DNA from: Candidatus Latescibacterota bacterium
Lineage (GTDB): Bacteria > Latescibacterota > UBA2968 > UBA8231
Direction: 5' to 3'
NCBI GenBank assembly: GCA_965261395.1
Contig: OZ253462.1
Location: 1,824,001 to 1,888,000, forward strand
DNA: 64,000 bases
The stretch's first letter is position 1; the number at the start of each line of letters is the position of its first letter. Positions 52,061-61,398 of the stretch are shown here, piece by piece. The notes under the pieces are model-generated. The model was not told the DNA's origin. It saw only the letters and a list, made by a program, of their open reading frames with translations, and did no database searches. The position numbers were made by a program, and so were the translations under genes.

Positions 52061-53476
52061 ATGGACAAGGCCCAGCTAGCGGTCATCGGCGGCGGCCCGG
52101 GCGGCTACGTCGCCGCCTTTAAGGCCGCGGACTTGGGGTTGGATGTCGCCCTGATCGATCCCGAAGCCCATCCAGGCGGCGTCTGCCTCTACCGAGGCTG
52201 CATTCCCTCCAAGGCCCTCCTGCACATTTCCAAGCTCCTCTACGAAGCCAAGGAAGCCGAGCACTGGGGCATCCAATTCGCCGCGCCTGAGATCAACCTC
52301 CCCAAGTTGCGCAGTTGGAAGGACGAAGTCGTCGCCAAGATGACGCAGGGCTTGGGTCAACTCGTCAGGGCGCGCAAGCTGACCTACGTACAGGGGCGCG
52401 CCCGCTTCCTCGACCCCAACACCCTGCAAATCGACAAAGCCGACAGCAGCCAAGGCACCTTGCAGTTTGAGCACGCCATCCTCGCCACTGGGTCGCGGCC
52501 AGCCGTGCCGGCCCTCTTCGACCAGCCGAGCGACCGCATCATGGATTCGACCGCAGCCGTCGCACTCGGCGACATACCTTCTTCCATGCTCGTCGTCGGC
52601 GGCGGCATCATCGGCATGGAGTTGGGACAGGTTTACGCGGCGCTGGGGACCCAGGTTTCGGTCGTCGAAATGCTCCCCGGGCTGATCCCCCCGGCCGACC
52701 GCGACTTGGTCAAACCGCTGCACAACAAGGCCGCCGAGCGATTTGACGACATCATGCTCAACACCCAAGTGACCGCGCTCGCAGAAATCGACGATGGCTT
52801 AGAGGTACACTTACAGAACAGCGACGGCCAGAGCTTTTCCAAGACCTACGCCAAAATCCTGCTCGCCGTGGGCCGGGTTCCCAACAGCGAAGACTTGGGT
52901 TTGGAACGCACTGCCGTCGGCCTCGACGAGCGCGGCTACGTCCAAGTCGATGACCAACTGCGCACGGCCGAGTCTTCGATTTTTGCCATTGGCGACCTCG
53001 TAGGCGCGGCCCTCGCCCACACGGCTGCCCACCAAGGGAGCCTAGCCGCCGAGGTCGCGGCCGGCCACGACAAACAGGTCTTCGCGCCCCACGCCATTCC
53101 CAACGTCGTCTATACCGACCCGGAAATCGCTTGGTGCGGCCTCACCGAGGAGGAGGCCAAAAAGCAGGGCCGCGCGGTCGCGGTCGCGCGCTTCCCTTGG
53201 TCAGCTTCCGGCCGCGCCGCGACCCAAGGCACGAGCGATGGCCTCACCAAGCTGCTCATCGACCCCCAGACCGACCGGGTCCTAGGCGTGGGCATTGCCG
53301 GCAGCGGCGCGGGTGAGCTGATCGCCGAGGGCGTCCTAGCCGTGGAAATGGCTGCGCTCGCAGCCGATGTCCAGCTTTCGATCCACCCCCATCCCACGCT
53401 CTCCGAAACCCTCATGGAAGCGGCCGAAAGCCACTACGGCCAAAGCGCGCACCTCTACGCGCCCAAACGCCGCTGA
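52061..53476 (+). CDS. lpdA: Dihydrolipoamide dehydrogenase
   Basis: GGGPGGY, GGVCLYRGCIPSK and HPHPTLSE. Confidence 0.96.
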   Translation: MDKAQLAVIGGGPGGYVAAFKAADLGLDVALIDPEAHPGGVCLYRGCIPSKALLHISKLLYEAKEAEHWGIQFAAPEINLPKLRSWKDEVVAKMTQGLGQLVRARKLTYVQGRARFLDPNTLQIDKADSSQGTLQFEHAILATGSRPAVPALFDQPSDRIMDSTAAVALGDIPSSMLVVGGGIIGMELGQVYAALGTQVSVVEMLPGLIPPADRDLVKPLHNKAAERFDDIMLNTQVTALAEIDDGLEVHLQNSDGQSFSKTYAKILLAVGRVPNSEDLGLERTAVGLDERGYVQVDDQLRTAESSIFAIGDLVGAALAHTAAHQGSLAAEVAAGHDKQVFAPHAIPNVVYTDPEIAWCGLTEEEAKKQGRAVAVARFPWSASGRAATQGTSDGLTKLLIDPQTDRVLGVGIAGSGAGELIAEGVLAVEMAALAADVQLSIHPHPTLSETLMEAAESHYGQSAHLYAPKRR

Positions 53477-54168
53477 AGCACGACCTCCAGCGCCCTAAGG
53501 TGAGCCTCTGCTCGCACTGCTAGCGGCCATTCGCTCGGCGTTTCGCTGATCAGCGCGTGTTCGGTGTGGTGCGCGTACAAGTAGGGCGCCAACCCAGCCT
53601 CGCCCCACTCTGGATCAATGAGGAAGACGCCTGCGGCAATCACTTTGTCGTTTTCGCCGGACTCTCCGTCAATGGGCATCACCGCGCGCACTTGCTCGAC
53701 AATGGCCGGCCCGAGCCACTGCTCGTCGCGCTTGGCCTCATAGCAGTAAAACCCCGATGCCTCCCAGTCCTCGTGAAAGTCCAGCGCGCAATCAAAGCGC
53801 CGACCGCTCAGCAATGCCTTGACCTGCGCGACGAGCGGGACCGCATCGCCGCCAAACTCTCGATTGCAATCCAAGCCGGATTCGTTCTCGCGGGTATTGT
53901 GGACATAGCCGTGCGGATTGAGGCAGGGCAAGATCAGGAACTGACAACGCTGGACGAGGCGCGGACTCAACCCCTCGGCAAAGCGCAGCGCGGCTTCTGG
54001 CCCAGCCGGCTCGTCCCCGTGCAACCCGGCCGCCAGCAGGATTCGCGCCTCAGTACCGCTCCCTAACGCTAGGGCGTAAACCGGATATCCACCGCATTCA
54101 GCCACTAGCTGTGTCGGCCCCACTGCCTGCAGGCGGTGCAGCAGACTAGCATAATCGCGCTTCTTCAT
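53455..54168 (-). CDS. M14 family zinc carboxypeptidase / succinylglutamate desuccinylase-like
   Basis: AGLHGDE, NP.G, D.NR, DFHED and ETP. Confidence 0.85.
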   Translation of the reverse strand: MKKRDYASLLHRLQAVGPTQLVAECGGYPVYALALGSGTEARILLAAGLHGDEPAGPEAALRFAEGLSPRLVQRCQFLILPCLNPHGYVHNTRENESGLDCNREFGGDAVPLVAQVKALLSGRRFDCALDFHEDWEASGFYCYEAKRDEQWLGPAIVEQVRAVMPIDGESGENDKVIAAGVFLIDPEWGEAGLAPYLYAHHTEHALISETPSEWPLAVRAEAHLRALEVVLQRRLGA

Positions 54169-54296
54169 TTTGCATGGCCCTCCTTGGCCCTATTTTCCGC
54201 TTGGCCCCCTGTGATACTATTGTATTTTTAAGGGAAGGATGCGCCGCTAGCGCGTCCGAATGACCACCCACCTCAAACCACGATAAGACCAATCCA

Positions 54297-56441
54297 ATGA
54301 CCGACAAAGCCAAATGGGCTTGGACAACGCTGTGCCTGAGCCTGCTGGTCCTACTGCCAGCAGTTTATTTCTACTTTTCGGATCTCCCTGAGACACCCTC
54401 CGAGCCTCACCCCAAGGCCCCCACGCCGGAGCCGCCTAGCCCCATTGCCATGTTGATCGCCGAGGACCGCTGCGACCTCGCCTATCCCCAACTCACTGCG
54501 ATAGACACGATCCAACACGAGCCGACCGCTCAAGCGCACCTCGAGTTCCAGCGGGCGTTTTGCGAGCGCATGCTCAAAGAGCCAAGCCGCGCGTATGATC
54601 GTTTGCGCGATCTCGACCTACCGGCCTTGGACGACTACCGCCGCTTCTGGATGGCTTGTTCTCTAGAGGACATGGACCAGACGCACGAGGCCATCGCCGA
54701 GTACGAAAACTTTCTAGCGACTTCGACCAACCCGATCCTCCGCAACCCGGCCAGCATGCGCTTGGCCTCCCTCTACCGGACCGCCGGCCAACCCGCCAAG
54801 GCCCTCGCCCTGTACGAGGGGCAGCTCGCACAAAACGCCGATCCAGCGCGGGTCCTCTACTTGCTCGCAACCACCAGCCAAAAACACGACTCGGCGCGGG
54901 CGCAAAAGTGGCGTTTAGAACTGCTGGAAAAACACCCCCACTCCAAGCACGCCCGCAATAGTCTGTCGCACCTGCCTAAGAAGCTCGACGCCCGCACGGC
55001 TTATGCCAAGGCCCACACCTACTACAGCCACAAGCAGTACAACCAAGCCATCAAGAGCTTTCGGCACTTCGTCCGCGAGCACAGCAGCGACCAGCGCGTT
55101 GCCCAAGCGCACTTCATGCTTGGCCGGGCCCACCTGTCTGCGGGACACTATACCAAGGCCGAGCAGGTTTTTCGCACGGTTCACGAGCGCTACGGCAGCC
55201 CGGCGGCCCTTTATCGCATCGCCAGTCTCTCTGTCCGCAAAGACCGCGAAGACAAGGCCATTGCGGCCTATGCGAGCTTTGCCAAGCGCTACCCCCAGCA
55301 CGACTTGGCCGACGACGCCCTGTGGCAGGCCGCCAAAGCCGCCGAGCGCAACAGCCAATTCGCCCACGCCGAAACGCTCTATCGCCGCCTAGCCGAGCAC
55401 TACCCGCAAACCGATTACGGCGACGAAGCGCGTTGGAGCGTCGGTTTCGCGCTCTATTGCCAAGAGCAATACGCCGAAGCCCTCGCCGCTTTTGAGCGCG
55501 CGAGTCAGCAGGCGCGCCAGGTCCACCTCATCGACCAATCCCTGTACTGGGCTGGGAAGAGCGCGGACCGGCTAGGTCAGACAGAGGCCGCCACCGCGTT
55601 CTATCGCCGCGCTGCCGCTGGATTTCCCCGCTCTTACTACTCGGCCCGCGCCGTCCAGTTGGGCCATAGAGAGCAGGTTCAACTCAAGGGGCGACCCGCA
55701 GACAACCCCCGGCAAGACGACGTCCCCGCGCTAGCGCACAGGGCACACCTCGAACGCGCTGGCTTGCTAAATCAATTGGGGCTAAGGGATTGGTCGGCAG
55801 CCGAGATGGAGCAAGCCGTCAGCGACTACAAGGGCCAGAAGGCCGCGCTAAAGGCCATCCGCGACTACTATGAGGCGCTTGGCTTTCGCGACCAAGCCAT
55901 GCGACTGTCGATGCGCCTTTTTGATGGGAACGACCCAGAGGAACTGTCGCGCATTTACCCGACTTACTACTGGGAAGAGATTGCTGCGGCCGCAGCCGAG
56001 GCTCAAATCGACCCTTATCTGGTGCTGTCGGTAATTCGCCAAGAGAGCACATTTAACGAAAAAGCGGTGTCGCGGGCGGGTGCCAGGGGCCTGATGCAGA
56101 TCATGCCCCACACCGGCCTCAACCTCGCGCGGAGGTTGGAGGTGAAACCCTTTGAGCTGCGCGCGCTCTTCGACCCAGCCGTCTCCATCCGCTTGGGCAG
56201 TTACTTTCTCGGCGACCAAATGCGCCAATTCACAGCCGGCGCGGGCGCGGATTTGGGCTTTGAACTGGGCTTGGCCGCGTACAACGCCGGCCCGCACAAC
56301 GCCCGTCGGTGGCTCAAGAGCTTTCCCTCCGAGGACCCGGACGCCTTCGTCGAGCGCATTCCCTTCAAGGAGACCCGCCTCTACGTCAAGCTAGTCCTCA
56401 AAAACTACGCCATTTACAAGGCCCTATCCGATGACGCCTGA
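54297..56441 (+). CDS. TPR-repeat soluble lytic transglycosylase (Slt70-like)
   Basis: N-terminal TM, TPR helices, catalytic IRQES, GLMQ, AYNAG and ETR.YV. Confidence 0.9.
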   Translation: MTDKAKWAWTTLCLSLLVLLPAVYFYFSDLPETPSEPHPKAPTPEPPSPIAMLIAEDRCDLAYPQLTAIDTIQHEPTAQAHLEFQRAFCERMLKEPSRAYDRLRDLDLPALDDYRRFWMACSLEDMDQTHEAIAEYENFLATSTNPILRNPASMRLASLYRTAGQPAKALALYEGQLAQNADPARVLYLLATTSQKHDSARAQKWRLELLEKHPHSKHARNSLSHLPKKLDARTAYAKAHTYYSHKQYNQAIKSFRHFVREHSSDQRVAQAHFMLGRAHLSAGHYTKAEQVFRTVHERYGSPAALYRIASLSVRKDREDKAIAAYASFAKRYPQHDLADDALWQAAKAAERNSQFAHAETLYRRLAEHYPQTDYGDEARWSVGFALYCQEQYAEALAAFERASQQARQVHLIDQSLYWAGKSADRLGQTEAATAFYRRAAAGFPRSYYSARAVQLGHREQVQLKGRPADNPRQDDVPALAHRAHLERAGLLNQLGLRDWSAAEMEQAVSDYKGQKAALKAIRDYYEALGFRDQAMRLSMRLFDGNDPEELSRIYPTYYWEEIAAAAAEAQIDPYLVLSVIRQESTFNEKAVSRAGARGLMQIMPHTGLNLARRLEVKPFELRALFDPAVSIRLGSYFLGDQMRQFTAGAGADLGFELGLAAYNAGPHNARRWLKSFPSEDPDAFVERIPFKETRLYVKLVLKNYAIYKALSDDA

Positions 56442-56709
56442 ACAAGAAGAGCAGCGCGAAAAAAGACACAAGCTGATCGAAGACCTTTTCATCTTGATCT
56501 GCATCGTCAGCCTCTGGCCTGTGGTGCTAGGCTGGACCGAACCGATCTATCAGTACTTGCTCTATGCGGCACTGGCGGGCTTGGTCTTCATTTTCGTGCG
56601 TCGCATCCGCCGCTTCCACGCCGCGCGTGACGCCCTAAGCGATACCGAGACCGGCCCGCAGATAGACCCCGCTCCCAAGCGCGACGGTGATGATCATTCG
56701 CAAAATTGA
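56431..56709 (+). CDS. Small two-TM hypothetical protein
   Basis: Overlaps the slt stop codon and has two hydrophobic segments. Confidence 0.7.
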   Translation: MTPEQEEQREKRHKLIEDLFILICIVSLWPVVLGWTEPIYQYLLYAALAGLVFIFVRRIRRFHAARDALSDTETGPQIDPAPKRDGDDHSQN

Positions 56710-56763
56710 GCTTGGGACGCGGTACAGTTCCAAGCACCACGCGCTAGTAAGCAGAGGATACAA

Positions 56764-57147
56764 ATGTCGGTCACACAAGAAAACCCGCGAAAAATCCACA
56801 AAGACTATTCGCGCCGGATTGAAGTACTGCGCAGCGACGCCGAGGACGATGGCTTTGTATTGGACGAGGCGTCCGAAAAAGATTTTTGGCAGTATATCAG
56901 GTCAGTACCCTTCGCACAAAAAGCAGGGCTGGTACTTGTGGACAATGGAAATCTACGTGCCGTTTGGAAAGGCGATGATGAGAGTCACCTTGGAATTCAG
57001 TTTCTTGGCAACCAATGGGTGGAATATGTCATTTTCAACCGCCGTCCAAGCACCAGTGACGTTGCGCGAGTGGCCGGCCGCGACACGCTTGATGGGGTAA
57101 AAAGACAGATTGATGCTTTCGACCTCACATCACTGATAGGCGCATGA
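56764..57147 (+). CDS. Hypothetical protein, first gene of a two-gene module (antitoxin-like)
   Basis: SD GAGGA, lower GC than flanks, ...DNGNLRAVW...HLGIQFLG..., and an ATGA overlap with the next gene. Confidence 0.75.
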   Translation: MSVTQENPRKIHKDYSRRIEVLRSDAEDDGFVLDEASEKDFWQYIRSVPFAQKAGLVLVDNGNLRAVWKGDDESHLGIQFLGNQWVEYVIFNRRPSTSDVARVAGRDTLDGVKRQIDAFDLTSLIGA

Positions 57148-57277
57148 ACGGAAACGACCTTCCCGACAATGACCACGTCGTCCACTATGTCAAGCCGACT
57201 CACCCCAAGCCGCGCTGATCGGCGATCTGATCGCCGAGTGCATACAAGCCATTCATCCGGCAATAATTGATGACTAG
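57144..57277 (+). pseudogene. Internally deleted partner gene
   Basis: MNGNDLPDNDHVVHYVKPT is joined out of frame at GACTC (57197-57201) to DSPQAALIGDLIAECIQAIHPAIIDD*. Confidence 0.65.
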
Positions 57278-57288
57278 ACGAAAGCGTT

Positions 57289-58191
57289 TCACCGCCTCCG
57301 TCCCAGCCGCTCCAACGCCAAAACCAGCACAACGCCCACGGCAATCAGCCCCAAGCTGAGCCAAACCTCGCCGTTGAATTCCCGCGGCCACGCGCATTCG
57401 TAGCGCCCGTCCTCCAGCTCGTTGCGGAACGGCCACACCTTGCGCAGGGAACCCAACATCAATCCCACCAACAAGGCCATAGTGCCAGCGCGAAAGCGGC
57501 TCAGCAAATGCTTGAGTAGCCGCGAAAAGCCCAGCAGACCGACGACCGCCCCAACGCCAAAAAGAGCCAAGATCGCCCAATCGAACTCGTGTACCGCGGT
57601 CAAAACCTGCTGGTATTTGCCCATGACCACCAGCAGAAACGAGCCGCTAATCCCCGGCAGAATCATCGCGCAGATGGCCACCATGCCAGCCAGCGCGAAC
57701 TTGTAGCCCTCGACCCCGGTCTCGACCGGCACCAACATAGTGATGGCATAGCCAATCACGGCACCGAGAGCCGTCAGCCTCCACTGCGCCATCCTCCATC
57801 CGGCGACCTGCCGAGCGACCACGAGCGTGCTAGCCAAGATCAATCCGGTGAAAAAGCCCCACACAGGCTGGGGGTGCGTTGCCAGCAACATGGTTATGAA
57901 CTTGGCCAGCGAGGCAATGGCCAAGCCCACGCCGCACAGCAGCGGTACTAGAAAGGGGGCATTGATTCGCTGCAACACCTCGATCAAGCGCCCCCGCACC
58001 AAGGCACTCACGAGCCGTTGATCGACTGCGGCAATAGTCCCGACCAACTCGTCGTAAATGCCCGTGACCAAGGCGATCGTCCCCCCGGAAACCCCAGGAA
58101 TCACATCGGCCGCGCCCATGCACAGCCCGCGCAAAACCAGCCCAGGTGCGCGGCGTCGGCCCTCGGCTAGCAACTCACTTTCTTTCACCAA
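57289..58191 (-). CDS. DUF368 membrane protein (undecaprenyl-phosphate translocase family)
   Basis: MGAADVIPGVSGGTIA and AMILPGISGSF repeats, plus GLMLGSL.KVWP. Confidence 0.9.
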   Translation of the reverse strand: MVKESELLAEGRRRAPGLVLRGLCMGAADVIPGVSGGTIALVTGIYDELVGTIAAVDQRLVSALVRGRLIEVLQRINAPFLVPLLCGVGLAIASLAKFITMLLATHPQPVWGFFTGLILASTLVVARQVAGWRMAQWRLTALGAVIGYAITMLVPVETGVEGYKFALAGMVAICAMILPGISGSFLLVVMGKYQQVLTAVHEFDWAILALFGVGAVVGLLGFSRLLKHLLSRFRAGTMALLVGLMLGSLRKVWPFRNELEDGRYECAWPREFNGEVWLSLGLIAVGVVLVLALERLGRRR

Positions 58192-59302
58192 ACAGCTCCA
58201 TTTGCTGTGTGTGTTCGCGCATGAACTCCACGATCAGGCGATCGGCCCGCGGCAGGGCGAAGTCATCCAAAGCTTCCGGCGCGATCCAGCGCCAAGCAGC
58301 GCAGCCCAGCGCTTGAGGGGTGCCGCATACATAGCGGGCGGCAAACGCGTGTAAGGTGATGCTGAAATGCGAATAGGCGTGGTCCACGCTCGTCAGACGC
58401 GCATCCACCTCGATCTCAATGCCCAATTCTTCGCGGATCTCGCGCACCAAGCATTCGGGCAGGGTCTCGCCGGCCTCCTGCTTGCCCCCGGGAAACTCCC
58501 ACAGGCCGCCGAGCATCCCCTCGGCCGGCCGCTGGGCGATTAGCAGCTCGTCGCCCTTGCTAATCAAGCCAGCCGCCACCTGATAATGCGGCTTCTGTTT
58601 CTTGGGGGTCTTGCGCGGCAGGGAGGCCGGGTCGTCCAGCTCGGCCTTGGCCCGACACCAGCCGCCGACTGGACACGTCGGACAGGAAGGGCTTTGCGGC
58701 GTGCAGATCCTCGACCCTAACTCCATCATCGCCTGATTGAAGTCGCCGGCCTCGCCTCGAGCCAACAAGGTCTCCCCAGCGGCGATGAGCCGCGCCTTGA
58801 CTTGGGCGCGGGTCGGCTCTTCCTCAATCCGCAACAAGCGGCAGAGCACGCGAGTCACATTGCCGTCGAGCACCGGGTGATCGCGGTCGAAGGCAATGCT
58901 GCTGACGGCCGCAGCCGTGTATTGGCCAACTCCAGGCAGCTCGATCAGCTCTTGGTACGTATCCGGTATGCGGCCTCCCAACTCAAAGGCCATGCGCTTG
59001 GCCGCCTTGTGCATGTTGCGCGCCCGCGCATAGTAGCCCAAGCCCTCCCAGACCTTGAGCACTTGGTCCTCGGCAGCAGCGGCTAGCGATTGAAGGGTGG
59101 GGAATGCGCGGATAAAACGATCGAAATACGGGGCCATCTGATCCACCCGGGTCTGTTGCAACATGACCTCGGATACCCAGACGTGATAGGGATTGCCGCT
59201 GTCGCGCCAGCTCGTCTGCCGCTTGTTTTGGCGATACCAAGCCAAGAGTCGAGCGCGGAAGGCGCTGAGCGCGTCTTGGTCGTCGAGCAAGACGCGGCTC
59301 AA
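58175..59302 (-). CDS. mutY: A/G-specific adenine glycosylase with a C-terminal Nudix (MutT) domain
   Basis: VWVSEVMLQQT, WEGLGYY.RARN, LPGVG.YTA, DGNV.RV, C-x6-C-x2-C-x5-C FeS motif, and a Nudix box. Start placed at TTG 59302. Confidence 0.93.
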   Translation of the reverse strand: MSRVLLDDQDALSAFRARLLAWYRQNKRQTSWRDSGNPYHVWVSEVMLQQTRVDQMAPYFDRFIRAFPTLQSLAAAAEDQVLKVWEGLGYYARARNMHKAAKRMAFELGGRIPDTYQELIELPGVGQYTAAAVSSIAFDRDHPVLDGNVTRVLCRLLRIEEEPTRAQVKARLIAAGETLLARGEAGDFNQAMMELGSRICTPQSPSCPTCPVGGWCRAKAELDDPASLPRKTPKKQKPHYQVAAGLISKGDELLIAQRPAEGMLGGLWEFPGGKQEAGETLPECLVREIREELGIEIEVDARLTSVDHAYSHFSITLHAFAARYVCGTPQALGCAAWRWIAPEALDDFALPRADRLIVEFMREHTQQMELFGERK

Positions 59303-60282
59303 CCGTCCCCTTCTTCCGGCCAGCCCGTCTGCGGCATGGCTTTGAGATCCCCGACGGTCTCGGCGGCCAAGAGGGCATCGACGACCGCACTCTCGGCGGC
59401 AGCAGCGGCAGCGGCAAAGAGCGGGTAGAGCCTTTCTTCGTCCACCATCCTCACAAGTGCGGCCGGGCCTTGGCGTTCCTCTTGGACAATACCTGTGGTG
59501 GAAAAGGCGAGGACGAGGCCCTCGCGCGTATGCGGATTCCACAAGCCCGTCCGCGCCAGCCCTAGCGCGGCGCGACCAGCCAAACGCTCTAATTGACGCG
59601 GGATTAAGGGCGCGTCCGTGGCCACGACCGCAGCAAAAGTCTGCGGTCCCCCTGCCCCCTCGCCCACCGGCAGGATGCGACCGCCCAAACTCAGCTCGCG
59701 TCCCCCATTGACCGCAGCCAGCACCCCCAGCGCGTATTCGCCAGCCCGGCGCGAAGCCGTGCCAATGCCGCCTTTGTAGCCAAAAGCCTGCAACCCACCG
59801 CCGACTCCAGCATTACCTCTAGGCACCGCGCTGCCAGCGCTGGCCAACGCCTCGTCTGCGTGGGCGTGTGTCAGGACCTTGCGGACGAGCATGGGGTCGT
59901 TGACAGCCGTATCGTCAATCCCCACGACCACCGGTGGCCAGCCAGCCACGGTCGATAGCCCGGTGTCGCGGCCCAAGCTGTGGCGGATTAGGGACTCGTA
60001 CACCCGGCCGACGACCGGGGCCGGGGCCAGGACAATGGGCGAGGAAAAAGTGCCGAAGTCTTCGGCGACCCCAAGGCCGCTCATAGCGTCGCCGCCGTCT
60101 ATGGAGAAGCGACCGATAAACAGCTTGCGCTCGGCCACTGCGGCCGGATACGGGACGATGGCGGTAAGGCCGGTGTGCAGGTCGGATGTGCGGATGTTCA
60201 CGTGGCCCACGCTGACTCCAGCCACATCGACAATGGCGTTGTGCGGTCCCGCCGCATCGCCTGCCGGGCGCGAGCGATTCAT
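59299..60282 (-). CDS. DmpA/P1-family peptidase homolog with degenerate catalytic motifs
   Basis: NAI.DVAGVSVGH, TG.TAI.P, GYKGGIGTASR, VATDAPL and AFST. Confidence 0.8.
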   Translation of the reverse strand: MNRSRPAGDAAGPHNAIVDVAGVSVGHVNIRTSDLHTGLTAIVPYPAAVAERKLFIGRFSIDGGDAMSGLGVAEDFGTFSSPIVLAPAPVVGRVYESLIRHSLGRDTGLSTVAGWPPVVVGIDDTAVNDPMLVRKVLTHAHADEALASAGSAVPRGNAGVGGGLQAFGYKGGIGTASRRAGEYALGVLAAVNGGRELSLGGRILPVGEGAGGPQTFAAVVATDAPLIPRQLERLAGRAALGLARTGLWNPHTREGLVLAFSTTGIVQEERQGPAALVRMVDEERLYPLFAAAAAAAESAVVDALLAAETVGDLKAMPQTGWPEEGDG

Positions 60283-61397
60283 TTGAGCCGGCCGTGTGCG
60301 CGCATAATTTCGACCAAGCGGTCCAGCGGCAGGGCGTGGATAGTATTGCCAGCGCGGCCAGTCATGGTATGGGCCGTAGTCAGCGCATTGAGAATGGCTT
60401 CCTCCGTGGCCTCGACTACCCCCTGGAACAAACTCGAAATCCAGCGGTCGGCCAGCATCGCGAGCGCATCCGACGGCTCGGGAGAAGCCGTAGAAAAGGC
60501 CAGCAAGAGGTCGCCGCTGCCGTGGGTGGAGATCGCCCCCGTGCGCGCCATGCCCAAAGCCACTCGCTTGCACACGCGCTGGAGCTGGCTTGGGAGCAAC
60601 GGCGCGTCCGTAGCTACCGCCGCGATCATGGACTTGCTCTTGCCGCCGCGCGCAGGCATTAGGTCGGTGATCTCCCGGCCCACCGGGACGCCATCGACGC
60701 GCAGTTGGGGCCGCCGGCCAAAATTCGCCTGCACCAGCACACCCACGGTATAGAGCTGATCGCCGCAGGGGATTTTGCGCGACGCCGTGCCAATACCGGC
60801 CTTAAAGCTATAGGCCCGCATCCCGGTGCCGCCGCCAACGCAGCCTTCGGCTACCGGCCCGCCGCGCGCTGCGTCGAGAGCCGCGGCCGCATGTGCGGGC
60901 TGCACGTGCCGCCCGGTCTCGTCGTGGAGAAACGCAGCCCATGTCTCGCCAACTATGGGCGCGGGTTGTAAAGCGCTTTTGAACAGGTCGGGATCGCGCG
61001 CCAGCATCCACTCCACTGCCCCATCGTACACTGCGCCGACGCTGGACGTGTTGGTAAAAAGGACTGGGCCAGCCAACAGGCCCGTGCGGCGCATGGAGCC
61101 TACCCCCATCAGTTCGCCATTGCCGTTGAGCGTAAAATCCGCGGCAAACGCGGGCGTGCGCGGCACAATTGCCGTCACGCCGGTGCGCACCGGACCCCCA
61201 TCCTCAATCAGCGTCACATGGCCGACCCGGACGCCCTCGACATCGGTGATGGCGTTATAGGGTCCGGTCGCCAACTCGCCAATGACAATGCCCAGTTCGC
61301 GTAGGCGCACTCGCTCCGGCCGCACGGGCGTGGCGCGGCCCAACGCAGGCCACACAGCCGCGCTTAAACCCAAGCCGAGAAAGGTCCGGCGGTCCAT
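60279..61397 (-). CDS. DmpA/P1-family (beta-/D-) aminopeptidase with a Tat signal peptide
   Basis: MDRRTFLG Tat signal, NAITDV.GVRVGH, LNGNGE, FKAGIGTASR, QANFG and HGSGD. Confidence 0.88.
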   Translation of the reverse strand: MDRRTFLGLGLSAAVWPALGRATPVRPERVRLRELGIVIGELATGPYNAITDVEGVRVGHVTLIEDGGPVRTGVTAIVPRTPAFAADFTLNGNGELMGVGSMRRTGLLAGPVLFTNTSSVGAVYDGAVEWMLARDPDLFKSALQPAPIVGETWAAFLHDETGRHVQPAHAAAALDAARGGPVAEGCVGGGTGMRAYSFKAGIGTASRKIPCGDQLYTVGVLVQANFGRRPQLRVDGVPVGREITDLMPARGGKSKSMIAAVATDAPLLPSQLQRVCKRVALGMARTGAISTHGSGDLLLAFSTASPEPSDALAMLADRWISSLFQGVVEATEEAILNALTTAHTMTGRAGNTIHALPLDRLVEIMRAHGRLK

Positions 61398-61398
61398 G

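Noticed and set aside
58175-59542. 455-aa extended MutY starting at 59542
   Set aside because: The extension overlaps the upstream DmpA-like gene. TTG at 59302 overlapping that gene's stop is the more plausible start.
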